From: Ignavibacteriota bacterium
GTDB taxonomy: Bacteria; Bacteroidota; Ignavibacteria; UBA10030; UBA6906
NCBI GenBank assembly: GCA_963837815.1
Contig: CAWIOS010000015.1
Span: 129,439 to 193,438 of the forward strand
Reading direction: 5' to 3'
DNA length: 64,000 nt
In this document: positions 10,275-20,455 of the stretch, piece by piece
Layout of the letters: the number at the start of each line of letters is the position of its first letter
Position numbering within the stretch: position 1 is the stretch's first letter
Program-made: the position numbers and the translations under genes
Notes under the pieces: generated by a model
What the model was told of the DNA's origin: nothing
Database searches by the model: none
What the model saw: only the letters and a program-made list of their open reading frames with translations

Positions 10275-11492
10275 ATGCTGACCGGCAAGCGCATACTCCT
10301 GGGCGTTACCGGGGGGATTGCTGCATACAAGACCGCATTTCTGGTGCGGGAGTTCGTCCGTGCCGGTGCGGAAGTGCAGGTTGTCATGACGCACGCCGCG
10401 ACGCAGTTTATCACGCCGTTGACAATGACGACCCTGTCAAAGCGGGACGTCATCATCGATATGTTCCCCCCCTCGCCCGATCAGCCGGCCCACCAGCCCA
10501 CCCGGCACATTGACCTGGCCCTCTGGGGCGACGTGATGCTGATCGCCCCGGCCACCGCAAACACGATTGCGAAGATTGCCCACGGCGTCGCCGATAACTT
10601 CCTGACGACGCTCATCCTCGCCCTCCGCTGCCCGCTCATCATCGCACCCGCGATGGACGTTGACATGTACCTCAACGACGCGACTCGGAAGAACATCGCC
10701 CTCCTCAGGGAGACGGGATGTACCGTGCTTGAACCCGACTCGGGCGAGCTTGCGAGCGGGCTCTCGGGTCCAGGTCGGATGCCGGAAGCCGTGCGGCTGT
10801 ACGATGAGGTCGTGAAGTCGCTTAACAACTCCCGCCGTGATCTGGCGGGGAAGACTGTTCTCGTGACCGCGGGACCGACGTATGAGCCGATCGATCCGGT
10901 CCGGTTCATCGGCAACCGCTCGAGCGGCAGAATGGGGTTTGCCGTTGCGGCGGCGGCGGCACAGCGCGGAGCGAACGTGACGCTGATCAGCGGGCCGGTA
11001 AGCCTGAACACCCCCCGGAATGTCAGACGCCTTGACGTGTCGACCGCACGTGAAATGGGTGCGGCGGTGATGGCGGAATTCCCCTCCGCGGATCTGCTCG
11101 TCATGACGGCGGCGGTTGCGGACTTCGCCCCGGCGCTGTCGTTCCAGCAGAAGATCAAACGGGAGCAGAACCCCGGGGGAAAACTTGTTCTCGAGCTTTC
11201 TGAGAGCCCGGACATCCTGGAAGCCGCCGCAGCAAAGAAGACCCGCCAGATGATCATCGGCTTCGCACTTGAAACGGAGAACGGCGTCGAAAACGCCAGG
11301 AAAAAGCTCGCCTCGAAGAACCTTGACATCATCGTTCTCAACAATCCACTTGTGGAGGGTGCGGGGTTCGGCACGGACACCAACGTTGTCACCGTGATAA
11401 CGGCGTCGGGAGAGGTTGAAGAACTTCCGCTGATGCAGAAAATCGACGTTGCCAACAAGCTCCTCTCACGTGCCGCTGCGGGGCTCCGATGA
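10275..11492 (+). CDS. coaBC: bifunctional phosphopantothenoylcysteine decarboxylase / phosphopantothenate-cysteine ligase
   Basis: 405 aa. The flavoprotein N-domain is ILLGVTGGIAAYK, and the CoaB C-domain contains VLVTAGPTYEPIDPVRFIGNRSSGRMG. Confidence 0.95.
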   Translation: MLTGKRILLGVTGGIAAYKTAFLVREFVRAGAEVQVVMTHAATQFITPLTMTTLSKRDVIIDMFPPSPDQPAHQPTRHIDLALWGDVMLIAPATANTIAKIAHGVADNFLTTLILALRCPLIIAPAMDVDMYLNDATRKNIALLRETGCTVLEPDSGELASGLSGPGRMPEAVRLYDEVVKSLNNSRRDLAGKTVLVTAGPTYEPIDPVRFIGNRSSGRMGFAVAAAAAQRGANVTLISGPVSLNTPRNVRRLDVSTAREMGAAVMAEFPSADLLVMTAAVADFAPALSFQQKIKREQNPGGKLVLELSESPDILEAAAAKKTRQMIIGFALETENGVENARKKLASKNLDIIVLNNPLVEGAGFGTDTNVVTVITASGEVEELPLMQKIDVANKLLSRAAAGLR

Positions 11493-12283
11493 ATCCGGCG
11501 CGGCCCGCGGTGGTGGATCTCCTCGGAGACATCCGGGGATTTCTTGAACGGGAGAAAGAGCTGTTCGGCGACGTGCTTCTCATCGATCCGGTTCCGCCCC
11601 GAAGGACGACAATGACACGATCGAAGCCCGAACCGAAGAAGCCTCCGGATGAACCGGTGCTCTTTGAAATGCGTCCCCCCGTTCCACCGGCGATTACGCA
11701 GGAACCGTGGGGAAACACGGAAACCCTCCGGGATCTTCATGATGCCATCTGCTCATGTGTGAAATGCCCCCTGGGTCACTCGCGGACGAACTTTGTCTTC
11801 GGAACGGGGAATCCCGCTGCGACCCTCATGGTCATCGGCGAGGCGCCCGGGGCGGATGAGGATGCACAGGGGGAGCCGTTCGTCGGGAGAGCCGGCCAGC
11901 TCCTGAACAAGATTCTCGAAGCGATCAACTTCAAGCGGGAAGACGTCTATATCTGCAACATCTTGAAATGCCGTCCGCCCGGAAACAGGAAGCCCCTTGC
12001 CGAAGAAGTCGATCTCTGTATCCCGTACCTCCGGAAGCAGATTGCCCTCGTCAGGCCGAAAGTGATTCTGGCTCTCGGCCTCACGGCGGCGGAAAACCTC
12101 CTCGCGACAACCGAAAGTCTCGGGCGGTTGCGCGGGAGAATACTCCGGTATGAAGGAATCCCCCTGATGGTGACGTACCACCCGGCGGCGCTGCTGCGGA
12201 ACCCGAACTGGAAACGTCCAACGTGGGAGGACGTCCAGGCGGTACGGAAGCTGCATGACGAACTCGTTGCACAGGAACGATAG
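11489..12283 (+). CDS. family-4 uracil-DNA glycosylase with an N-terminal extension of about 80 aa
   Basis: 264 aa with [36 protein letters not shown] and [12 protein letters not shown]. The start overlaps the coaBC stop (ATGA). Confidence 0.9.
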   Translation: MNPARPAVVDLLGDIRGFLEREKELFGDVLLIDPVPPRRTTMTRSKPEPKKPPDEPVLFEMRPPVPPAITQEPWGNTETLRDLHDAICSCVKCPLGHSRTNFVFGTGNPAATLMVIGEAPGADEDAQGEPFVGRAGQLLNKILEAINFKREDVYICNILKCRPPGNRKPLAEEVDLCIPYLRKQIALVRPKVILALGLTAAENLLATTESLGRLRGRILRYEGIPLMVTYHPAALLRNPNWKRPTWEDVQAVRKLHDELVAQER

Positions 12284-12295
12284 GAAACAGAGCGT

Positions 12296-13729
12296 ATGGC
12301 AGACGGGATGACTCGACGGACGGATATGCCCGCGGAGAGACCGATTTCCGAGGGGCGCGTACCCCCGCAGGCAGTGGAGATCGAAGAACAGGTGCTCGGG
12401 GCGATGCTCCTCGAGAAGGAGGCGGTCTCCAAAGTGATCGAAGTCCTGGACGAGGAAGCCTTTCACGCCGAGCGCAACCGGCGGATATTCAGGTCGATCG
12501 TGGTTCTGTTTGAACGGAGCGAACCGGCCGACGTGATTACCGTCGCGGAAGAACTCCGGCGCCAGGGGCAGCTCGAGAATGCGGGGGGAGAGGCGTACCT
12601 CGTCGAGCTGACAATGAAAGTCACCTCTGCTGCGAACGTGGAGTACCACGCCCGTATCGTCCTCGAGAAAGCGCTCATGCGGCGTCTGATCGCGGAGACG
12701 AGCGGGATCGCGGGACGCGCATACAGCCAGTCCGAGGACGCCTTCGACCTGCTGGACCAGGCGGAACAGGCGATATTCAAGATATCAGAATGGCGGTTGA
12801 AGAGGAATTTTGTGTCGATGGACCGGGCGGTCCATGACACGCTGGAGATGCTGGAGAGCATCCACGGGAAGCACGAAGGAGTGACCGGAGTGCCGACCGG
12901 GTTCCGGGACCTTGACAACCTGACCGGCGGCTGGCAGAAGTCCGATCTGATTATCATTGCCGGCAGGCCGAGCGCGGGGAAAACAGCATTTGCACTTTCA
13001 CTCGCGGCGAATGCAACGACGCACCGGAGCAAGCCCACAACAATCGGCATATTCTCCCTGGAGATGTCGACAAGACAGCTTGTCATGCGGCTCCTCTGCG
13101 CTGAGGCGCGCGTGGATGCCCATGCGGTGCGAACGGGGCGCCTTCCGGAAGATGACTGGAAAAGGCTGAGCATGGGAGCTGGTCGCCTGGCCAAGGCCAA
13201 CATATTTATTGATGACACCGCCGGACTCGGGATCCTTGAGCTGCGCGCAAAAGCACGTCGTCTGAAAGCAGAGCATAACGTGGGGCTCATCATCATTGAC
13301 TACCTCCAGCTCATGCAGGGGCCGAAGAACGCGGAAAACAGGGAGAAGGAAATCTCCGGAATTTCCCGGTCGCTGAAAGGGCTCGCAAAGGAACTCGATA
13401 TTCCGGTGATCGCTCTCTCCCAGCTCAGCCGGGCAGTGGAAGGGCGGACAGACAAGCGTCCGATTCTCTCCGATCTCCGTGAGTCGGGAGCGATCGAACA
13501 GGACGCGGATGTCGTTGCGTTCGTCCATCGTCCCGAAATGTATACGGATCCGAAATCCGATAAAATGGAAGAACTCCAGGGGAAAGCCGAAATCATCATC
13601 GGCAAACAGCGGAACGGTCCTGTGGATGACGTGTCACTCGCCTTTGTTCGCCGCTACGCACGGTTTGAGAATCTGGCGCTCCCGAGCTTCGAAGAGGTCC
13701 AAGTCAGTCCCGAAGAACAGCCATTCTGA
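12296..13729 (+). CDS. dnaB: replicative DNA helicase
   Basis: 477 aa with PPQAVEIEEQVLGAML, Walker A GRPSAGKTAF, IIIDYLQLM and RELDIPVIALSQLSR. There is no intein-sized insertion. Confidence 0.95.
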   Translation: MADGMTRRTDMPAERPISEGRVPPQAVEIEEQVLGAMLLEKEAVSKVIEVLDEEAFHAERNRRIFRSIVVLFERSEPADVITVAEELRRQGQLENAGGEAYLVELTMKVTSAANVEYHARIVLEKALMRRLIAETSGIAGRAYSQSEDAFDLLDQAEQAIFKISEWRLKRNFVSMDRAVHDTLEMLESIHGKHEGVTGVPTGFRDLDNLTGGWQKSDLIIIAGRPSAGKTAFALSLAANATTHRSKPTTIGIFSLEMSTRQLVMRLLCAEARVDAHAVRTGRLPEDDWKRLSMGAGRLAKANIFIDDTAGLGILELRAKARRLKAEHNVGLIIIDYLQLMQGPKNAENREKEISGISRSLKGLAKELDIPVIALSQLSRAVEGRTDKRPILSDLRESGAIEQDADVVAFVHRPEMYTDPKSDKMEELQGKAEIIIGKQRNGPVDDVSLAFVRRYARFENLALPSFEEVQVSPEEQPF

Positions 13730-13736
13730 TCCCACC

Positions 13737-14636
13737 GTGATCCCTCGCCATGCTTCACGAAGACGTTTCCTCCTGCGGACGGCGTCGCTCGCCGCAGCCG
13801 CGATCCCGTTCGTTATGTTCCGCGGACGGAAAGGTTTCCAGGTGCAGGTGAAGCCCGTTGACGCGGACGGCTCACTCATACTCGAGCGGCTCGGGTCGGC
13901 AGGAGATCTCTCCGGGCTTCCCGTGGGAGAGCTCGTCGCGGAAATGGGAAAGAGTTTTCTGGGGAGGCCCTACAGAGCGAACACGCTGGAAGAAGAGGGG
14001 GATGAACATCTCGTCGTCGATCTGCGTGAATTCGATTGCGTCACGTTGTGTGAGACCAGCCTGGCCCTGGCGCGGGCAATCAAGCTTCACGTCGGCTCAA
14101 TAGAGGGATACCGCGCCCAGCTTCAGCTGATCCGGTACAGATCCGGCGTCATCCGGGGGTATCCGAGCCGCCTGCACTATTTCAGCGAGTGGATCGCAGA
14201 CAACGAGCAGAAGAATGTTCTGAAAAACGTGACTGTGGACCTCGGAGGGCGCAGGGACACGCGTCCGCTGGATTTCATGTCTTCACACAGGGAGGCATAC
14301 CCCCGTCTCGCCTTCCGTGACGCTTTCGAGGCCATCGCCGCCGTAGAGAAGAGACTGGCGGCGGTTCCGCGTTACTTCGTGCCGAAGGAAAACGTGGCAG
14401 GAATTCAGGGGAAGATACGGAGCGGCGACATCATTGCGATAACGACGGCCGTGCCCGGTCTCGATGTGTCCCACACCGCCCTGGCGGTGCGGGAGGGGGG
14501 GACCACCCGGCTGCTTCACGCGCCCAACGTGGGGCATCAGGTGCAGATCACCGCGGGGTCGATCGCCGAATATCTCAACGGCCACTCGCAGCAGACCGGC
14601 ATTATTATCGCGCGCCCTCTCGATCCGGAACCGTGA
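13737..14636 (+). CDS. DUF1460-type (amidase-like) exported protein with a twin-arginine signal
   Basis: The ORF track frame 13479..14636 overlaps dnaB, so I trimmed the start to the in-frame GTG at 13737. This gives (M)IPRHASRRRFLLRTASLAAAAIPF, a Tat-type SRRxFL motif. The body (LGRPYRANTLE...VVDLREFDCVT) resembles DUF1460. Confidence 0.6.
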   Translation: MIPRHASRRRFLLRTASLAAAAIPFVMFRGRKGFQVQVKPVDADGSLILERLGSAGDLSGLPVGELVAEMGKSFLGRPYRANTLEEEGDEHLVVDLREFDCVTLCETSLALARAIKLHVGSIEGYRAQLQLIRYRSGVIRGYPSRLHYFSEWIADNEQKNVLKNVTVDLGGRRDTRPLDFMSSHREAYPRLAFRDAFEAIAAVEKRLAAVPRYFVPKENVAGIQGKIRSGDIIAITTAVPGLDVSHTALAVREGGTTRLLHAPNVGHQVQITAGSIAEYLNGHSQQTGIIIARPLDPEP

Positions 14637-15489
14637 CGCCATCTCCCTGCCGCGCTCCCTCCGGAGCCCGGTGCTGCTCCAGTCCCGCAAGACACCGCGG
14701 GTTCCGGGTTCTCTTGATCATTTCGAACCGATCCCAGCAAGCGTCCGAGACCATCGTGCGGGGATGCCAGACGTGATACTGGATCGCAAGATTCCTGAGC
14801 GATTTTCCGGATACACCGTTGAGTGAAAGCCGGAACTGAACATCGGAATCCTCACCGCATCCCGGTCCGTCATACAGCTCGTCAAACCCGTTGATTGCCA
14901 CAAGCTCCTCCCGCGCAACAGAGAAATTACTCCCGAGCATTCCGCTCACGTTGCGCAACAGCACCCGCCGGAGAAACCGGCCCGGCATACGTATCCCGTC
15001 CTCAACCCGGAGCGACCGGCCGGTCAATCCGTCATGGATTTCAGGGAGTCCGAGATGTTCAAACTCCCCTGATTCCACCCGCTGGAGCGTCAGTCCCGTT
15101 GACCAGCGCTCGCTTGTCTCAACGCGCCTTCCGAGAAGGACGCGGCGGTCCTCGCGCTCCTCCCAGTGGTCGTGAAGAAAGTGGCGGGAAGGGATGCAAT
15201 CCCCGTCGATGAAGACAAGTTGGCTGCCGCGGGAGGCGAGTATCGCGCTGTTGAGTATGACGTTTTTCCGCCATCCCCTGTCTTCGTGCCAGAGATGGAC
15301 AATGGGTGTGGGGGAACTGCGGAGTGCAGCGGCAACGACGTCCCTCACCGCCGTGCCGGACCCGTCGTCTGCAACGATGATTTCAAAATCGGGGAACGAC
15401 TGGCGTGCACACGCGGCAAGAACAAGCCGGAGGACATCCGGCTTGTTGTAGACAGAGATAACGAGTGTGATTTTCGGAATCAGTCCCAC
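14605..15489 (-). CDS. family-2 glycosyltransferase
   Basis: 294 aa with ITLVISVYNKPDVLRLVLAACARQSFPDFEIIVADDGS and FIDGDCIP. Its 3' end overlaps the convergent DUF1460 gene by 32 nt. Confidence 0.85.
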   Translation of the reverse strand: MGLIPKITLVISVYNKPDVLRLVLAACARQSFPDFEIIVADDGSGTAVRDVVAAALRSSPTPIVHLWHEDRGWRKNVILNSAILASRGSQLVFIDGDCIPSRHFLHDHWEEREDRRVLLGRRVETSERWSTGLTLQRVESGEFEHLGLPEIHDGLTGRSLRVEDGIRMPGRFLRRVLLRNVSGMLGSNFSVAREELVAINGFDELYDGPGCGEDSDVQFRLSLNGVSGKSLRNLAIQYHVWHPRTMVSDACWDRFEMIKRTRNPRCLAGLEQHRAPEGARQGDGVTVPDREGAR

Positions 15490-15526
15490 GCCCCAATATA
15501 CGGAAAACGGGGTGGGAATCTACGAC

Positions 15527-17134
15527 TTAATTCGGCTGCTTGAACTTGAACGGGATCGTCAGCCATGCAGCAACCGGCCCCTGTCCCATCCGGGCGGGCG
15601 CGAATTGCGATTTCATCACCGCGTCGATCACGGGCTGTTCGAATATCGGATTTGTGCTCTTCAGGATCTGGGAATCGAGGGGCTTACCGTTTATGTCGAT
15701 AAGCACGCGCACGACGACCTGGCCCTCGATACCCATCTTCCATACGAATGATGGGAATTCGGGCTTTTCGAGCTTCACAATCTGGGGGTCCTTTTCGACC
15801 GGGACAAATGCCGGCGTCGATGAACGGGGCGGGTCCGCCGGTTGCGCCACGGGCTGATGAGGCGGAATAACTTCGGCCGCCGGGGTCGGAAGCGTGACGG
15901 GTTCGGTCACGGCGGCATCCGCCTGGGGCGCCGGCGTAGATACTGCCGCTTTCACCGGGGCCGGACCCGCATTCTCTTTCTGTTCGACAGGAGCCTGTGC
16001 GCTCTTCTGTGTGGGAACGGCCGCGACGCGTACCGGTTCCTCTTTCGGTGCGGCGGGCTGTTCCTGAGTCCCCACCTGCGCCGCTCCGATCGTGGCTTGG
16101 ACGGATGAAGAAGCTGGATTCTCAGACTGCTCCTGGACCCGGACCTGGCCTGCGATTGCCATCGCATCGTTTCGGGATGAGGTCTTCGAGGAGAAAATAG
16201 CGACCGCCGCCCCGGCGAGAAGGGGCGTAAGTATCACGGTGGCAAGAAGAAAGAAGACCTTCGATTTATTCTTCCCGGGCCTTTCATACGCCTCATCGTC
16301 GTATGGGGGAGCCGAAAGGGACACCGCAAGACTGTCCCCGTATGCAACGGTCTGCCGGGAACTCGGAGGCATCGGCCGATAGCGTGGAAGAGGAGCGGGA
16401 GCTTTCGGTGCCAGGAATGTGTCGTCCCATGCGGTCGAGCGGTCAGCATGTACAGGGGGGGGTTCATCCTGCTGCGGTTCCGGCTCCCTGGCCGGTTCGG
16501 CCTGAAGAAGCCGGAGGTTCTCTCCAATGGCGTCCGCAGGCGGCGCGGGTTCCGCGGCGAGTGCGCGCGCATGCTGAATCAGGTGTTCGACGCGGGATGC
16601 GTACTCCTTTGCGATCGTGTTCTCGGGATCTACAACGAAGACCCGGCGAACTTCAGCGAGAGCCTGCTCATATTCGCCTTTCATCACGAACTTGCTCGCT
16701 CTCTGGAAATACAGGAGCTTCAACGCTTCAAGTTCCTTCTGTACGTCCCCCGGGTCTGCACTCTGTTCCGGATCGTTCTCCGTCGTATGAGTGACCGCCG
16801 GGGCATCCGCCGTTTCTCCGGCCGGCTTCGCGGAGGAGAAACCGACGGTTCCCGTTCGCCGCTGCCGGTGAGCATCGCGAATTGCACAGTCGATAATTCC
16901 CGGCATCGGCTCCATCAGGTCATGACGCTGGTCCTCTCCAAGCGCATCTGCCTGCGAAAGCGAAAGCAACGCGTCGAGTTGGCGTCTGAGAGCGGAGATG
17001 TAAATATTCTCGGGATCGGCAGTCCGGGCCAGCTCGAGGGCATCGACCGCCTCGGCGTATTCGCGGGAATCTGTCCTCTCAAAGACCTCCCGCAGGCGGT
17101 CCTCGAACGAGATTTCATTTAGTGGTGCGTCCAT
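15527..17134 (-). CDS. TonB C-terminal-domain protein with a long cytoplasmic N-terminal region
   Basis: ORF 15527..17212, start trimmed to ATG 17134, which follows GGAGGGGG. One TM segment (VFFLLATVILTPLLAGAAVAIF) lies at about residue 300, followed by a Pro/Ala/Gln-rich linker. The TonB_C end is GIEGQVVVRVLIDINGKP...VAAWLTIPFKF. Confidence 0.75.
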   Translation of the reverse strand: MDAPLNEISFEDRLREVFERTDSREYAEAVDALELARTADPENIYISALRRQLDALLSLSQADALGEDQRHDLMEPMPGIIDCAIRDAHRQRRTGTVGFSSAKPAGETADAPAVTHTTENDPEQSADPGDVQKELEALKLLYFQRASKFVMKGEYEQALAEVRRVFVVDPENTIAKEYASRVEHLIQHARALAAEPAPPADAIGENLRLLQAEPAREPEPQQDEPPPVHADRSTAWDDTFLAPKAPAPLPRYRPMPPSSRQTVAYGDSLAVSLSAPPYDDEAYERPGKNKSKVFFLLATVILTPLLAGAAVAIFSSKTSSRNDAMAIAGQVRVQEQSENPASSSVQATIGAAQVGTQEQPAAPKEEPVRVAAVPTQKSAQAPVEQKENAGPAPVKAAVSTPAPQADAAVTEPVTLPTPAAEVIPPHQPVAQPADPPRSSTPAFVPVEKDPQIVKLEKPEFPSFVWKMGIEGQVVVRVLIDINGKPLDSQILKSTNPIFEQPVIDAVMKSQFAPARMGQGPVAAWLTIPFKFKQPN

Positions 17135-17290
17135 ATCATCCCCCTCCGCAGGCTGCCGTGATTCTTGACGAACAAAAGGGCTGCCACATTGAGATTTTTC
17201 TATGATTGGCATCCCTGGAGACGCATGCCAAAGTTATGAAAAATCACGAAAACATGTCAATAACTACGACGGACTTTCAAAAATAAATCC

Positions 17291-17315
17291 CGTCCGGAGA
17301 ATAGGACTCCGGATG
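17291..17315 (-). terminator. putative intrinsic terminator downstream of the cdd-permease-AmrS operon
   Basis: On the minus strand a 9-bp stem (one G-U pair) with a 7-nt loop, CATCCGGAG-TCCTATT-CTCCGGACG, is followed by GGATTTATTTTTG. Confidence 0.35.
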
Positions 17316-17461
17316 AGTGGAGAAATCCCTGCGCTCCTGATTTGCACAAATGATGCGCCAGATGGGTAACTAAGCGATCCGGGCCAATTTGAGGGGGGTG
17401 GCGGAGAAATGAGGTAAAATCGGCGTGAAGAGTGTAAGAATTACACGTAACAACGGCCGCT

Positions 17462-18526
17462 CTACGCCCAGATTCCCGGGATTGTCCTGAGGCAGCGTGG
17501 ACACGAGCCGTCCCTTACCGAGTTCCGGAGTATGGAAAACCCGGAGCGTTCGATGAGGAGCTCATCGCACGAAGGGCAGTAGGTATTCTCATACCGGCCG
17601 ACTCTCCCCGGCAGGTTCCCCGCATAGACAAAGTGCAATCCGGCCTTTCTTCCGATTTCAGCGGTGTGCACGAGCATTCTGGCGGGTGTGGAGTCGCGGT
17701 CAGACATTCTGTAATCCTGATGGAATGCCGTGACGTGCCACGGCATATCGCGCGACACCGAGGCGATAAACCCGGCAATGTCGGCAAGCTCTTCATCCGA
17801 GTCATTAAATCCCGGAACCACGAGCGTGACAATTTCAACCCATATTCCCATCGTGTGGAGCGCATCGATCGTCCTGAGCACTATGTCCAGTCTCCCGCCG
17901 AGCTGCTGGTAATTCTTCTGACGGAAACTCTTCAGGTCGACTTTGTACATGTCAATGTACGGCCGGAGGAATTCGAGCACCTCCGGTGTTCCGTTGCCGT
18001 TGGACACGAACGAGCAGCGGATGCCGTGCGGCCGTGCCTGGGAAAATATCTCGGCGGCCCACTCACACGTGATCAGGGGTTCGTTGTACGTGCTCGTGAC
18101 GATCGGTATGCGGCGCCGGAGGGCGAGAGCAACGATCTCATTCGCACCAGTAAGTTCGACGGGGGCGACGGCGTTGGGATCACGCAGTGCCTGCGACGTT
18201 ATCCAGTTCTGGCAATAGCCGCACCTGTAGTCGCATCCCAGCATTCCGAAGCTCAGCGCGGGGGAACCGGGGATGGCGTGAAAAAACGGCTTCTTCTCAA
18301 CCGGGTCGATAGCAAGACCCCCGACGTACCCGAAGGGGACTTTCAGCATGCCCCCTTCGTTGAACCTCACCTTGCATATTCCATTATTCCCCGGCGGAAT
18401 CCGGCACCGGTGGCCGCATGCAAAACAACTCACCCAGCCGCCGGATCCCTTTTCATACAGTGTTCCTTCCCGAACATGTCCGGCGAGCAACACTGCCAGG
18501 GGGGACGCGCCACCCTTCTCCATCAT
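17462..18526 (-). CDS. AmmeMemoRadiSam-system radical SAM enzyme (AmrS-like)
   Basis: ORF 17462..18790, start trimmed to MMEKGG because the upstream permease ends at 18658. It has an N-terminal Cys cluster (CFACGHRCRIPPGNNGICKVR) and the radical-SAM motif GCDYRCGYCQNW. Confidence 0.8.
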   Translation of the reverse strand: MMEKGGASPLAVLLAGHVREGTLYEKGSGGWVSCFACGHRCRIPPGNNGICKVRFNEGGMLKVPFGYVGGLAIDPVEKKPFFHAIPGSPALSFGMLGCDYRCGYCQNWITSQALRDPNAVAPVELTGANEIVALALRRRIPIVTSTYNEPLITCEWAAEIFSQARPHGIRCSFVSNGNGTPEVLEFLRPYIDMYKVDLKSFRQKNYQQLGGRLDIVLRTIDALHTMGIWVEIVTLVVPGFNDSDEELADIAGFIASVSRDMPWHVTAFHQDYRMSDRDSTPARMLVHTAEIGRKAGLHFVYAGNLPGRVGRYENTYCPSCDELLIERSGFSILRNSVRDGSCPRCLRTIPGIWA

Positions 18527-18657
18527 GCCTCCTGTTGAGCCCCGCGCGCGCAACGCCGGAAAACGCGCAGGTTTTCTGACTGACGGGTATACTGTAAGAA
18601 CGGACACCGGCGAAGGAAAAGCAAGTGGTCTCCGGGGTCCCTTCCGCTTCTCCCCGC

Positions 18658-19989
18658 TCAGCAGGGTTTTCTCCTCCGCGCCGCCTGCCATGCGATGGGA
18701 GCGCTCACGAGAGACGCAGCGGCGAAGAGGAAGGCGGGAATGTGAACGCCCTGTCCCGACGCCACCGCGGCAATTCCGGCAACGAAACAAAAAAGGGGGA
18801 GCATTGTCATTGCCGCAAGGCCCGCGCGGGAGAGAGGTATCCGGAACGGCCGCTTCATCGCCGGTTCGCTCCGCCGCAGTTCGATGAGTGCGAAAAATTC
18901 AAGAAAAAGGGCGCAGCCGTACAAGACGACGTCGATGATCAGGAGATCCTCGAAGTGCCAGAGGACGAGCCCGCTGACGGCGATCGCGCATGCGATGATC
19001 GAGACCGGGGGAGTCCCCCGCCTTGCATCGATATTGCGGAGCATCGAAGGGAGATATCCGTCGTCCGACATGGCCTTGGGAAGGCGCGACACGGAAAGAA
19101 GGTTGGAGACAAAGAGGCCGAGAGCGCTTGCCACTCCTCCCGCCGCAAGAAGCCCCGCAAGCGTACCGCCGCCGATCTGATAGCCGAGAGAAGGAAATCC
19201 CTCCCTCTCAAGTTTTGCCGGGTCTAGATCTGTCTGCAGTGCCGCAAGGATCGACAGCGTATAGGTGACGAGGATCAGGGTGAACGCCCACGCGATGGAG
19301 ACAAGATACGAGCGGACGGGCCGGTCTACCTCGTCGGCGAACGTCGATGCGTTGTCCCATCCAAGGTAATTCCACATGACGGTAAGAAGCCCCAGGCCGG
19401 CGGCCGGGATTGTCGGTGAAGAACCCGCCGCAATGGTTGCGGGGTGGAGGGAAATACCGCCGCGGAACGCGGCCGCGAAGAGGATGATAAATGGAACCAT
19501 GACTGCCGAGCCGAACGTGACCGAGATCCTGCCGACCGGGAGGATGCCGAGAAGGTTAAGGCCGGCGCAGCTCCATATGACGGCGAGGCAGAGCGGATAC
19601 CGGAGGCCTGCGATTGCCGGGAAGAAATACGCGGCGTACTCGACAAACAGAACCGGGTAGATCGCGAGATCGACAAACATGTATAACCATGTCCACCAGC
19701 CCTCGAAGAAACCCCACATGGGTCCCAGCCCGCTTTTCACCCACTGGTAGTATCCTCCGTTCCGGGGCATCATGCTGTTGAGTTCCAGAACCATGAGGAT
19801 AACGGGAACAGCCCAGAGGACTGGGGCGAAAAGAACAAGGATGATTGCATTCCGCCCGCCCACCTGGTTCAGGACAGGTTCCAGCCCGTAGGGGCCCCCG
19901 GAGACGCTGAAGAAAATGACGGCGGTCAGCGCCGCGGGGCGGAGAAACCGGCGGCGGTTCTTCCCAGCAGCGCGCTCGATCGGGACCAC
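18658..19989 (-). CDS. APC-superfamily amino-acid permease
   Basis: 443 aa and polytopic (about 12 hydrophobic segments), with the N-terminal motif FFSVSGGPYGLE. Confidence 0.8.
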   Translation of the reverse strand: MVPIERAAGKNRRRFLRPAALTAVIFFSVSGGPYGLEPVLNQVGGRNAIILVLFAPVLWAVPVILMVLELNSMMPRNGGYYQWVKSGLGPMWGFFEGWWTWLYMFVDLAIYPVLFVEYAAYFFPAIAGLRYPLCLAVIWSCAGLNLLGILPVGRISVTFGSAVMVPFIILFAAAFRGGISLHPATIAAGSSPTIPAAGLGLLTVMWNYLGWDNASTFADEVDRPVRSYLVSIAWAFTLILVTYTLSILAALQTDLDPAKLEREGFPSLGYQIGGGTLAGLLAAGGVASALGLFVSNLLSVSRLPKAMSDDGYLPSMLRNIDARRGTPPVSIIACAIAVSGLVLWHFEDLLIIDVVLYGCALFLEFFALIELRRSEPAMKRPFRIPLSRAGLAAMTMLPLFCFVAGIAAVASGQGVHIPAFLFAAASLVSAPIAWQAARRRKPC

Positions 19990-20005
19990 CGCGTCGATCC
20001 CCCTC

Positions 20006-20434
20006 CTACGGCCGTTTGACGGATCGGGGCCGGGCGAGTTTTTTCAGGTCTGCCGGCATGGGGAAGAGTCGGGCAAGTGAGGTGAGCTTTGTTCTTCCGT
20101 CGACGGTCGTCAGTATGATCTCCATCGCGGGGTTGAACTCCGAGAGGACCTGCCTGCAGGCGCCGCAGGGGGGAAGAAACTCCGGATCGTCGGAAGCGAT
20201 TGCGATCGCGCGGAGACGTGTCTTCCCTTTTGCTGCGGCCTGAAAGACAGCATTCCGTTCCGCGCAGATCGTCAGCGAATAGGAGCTGTTCTCGACGTTG
20301 CATCCTTCGATGATTGTCCCGTCGTCCGCAAGAACAGCGGCACCGACACGGAACCGTGAATACGGTGCGTACGCGCGGGTCTTTGCCTGCACCGCGCGGG
20401 CGACGAGCGTCTTGCGTTGTGATGCAGTGGCCAT
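20006..20434 (-). CDS. cdd: cytidine deaminase
   Basis: 142 aa with AYAPYSRFRVGAA, CAERNA and PCGACRQ (zinc ligands). Confidence 0.9.
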   Translation of the reverse strand: MATASQRKTLVARAVQAKTRAYAPYSRFRVGAAVLADDGTIIEGCNVENSSYSLTICAERNAVFQAAAKGKTRLRAIAIASDDPEFLPPCGACRQVLSEFNPAMEIILTTVDGRTKLTSLARLFPMPADLKKLARPRSVKRP

Positions 20435-20455
20435 GGAACAAATCCTCCCGGGAAG

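Noticed and set aside
10481-11740. 419-aa minus-strand ORF (also 11753..12649, 12463..13296 and 17633..18538)
   Set aside because: Each lies opposite a well-supported gene (coaBC, udg, dnaB, AmrS). They have low-complexity Ser/Arg/Pro-rich translations and are shadow ORFs.
17208-17226. TGGCAT-containing stretch resembling a sigma-54 -24 element upstream of the TonB-like gene
   Set aside because: The required GC of the -12 element (TTGC) is not present five nucleotides downstream, and the orientation does not serve the adjacent gene.
17229-17236. TAACTTTG on the minus strand (Bacteroidota-type TAnnTTTG -7 promoter motif)
   Set aside because: This is a single occurrence. The other intergenic regions show classical -35/-10 hexamers instead, and the preferred TonB start (17134) is about 95 nt away. 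It is probably chance.
17236-17286. 16-codon ORF MKNHENMSITTTDFQK in the AT-rich spacer
   Set aside because: It is too short, has no RBS, and has nothing to compare against. It cannot be supported from sequence alone.
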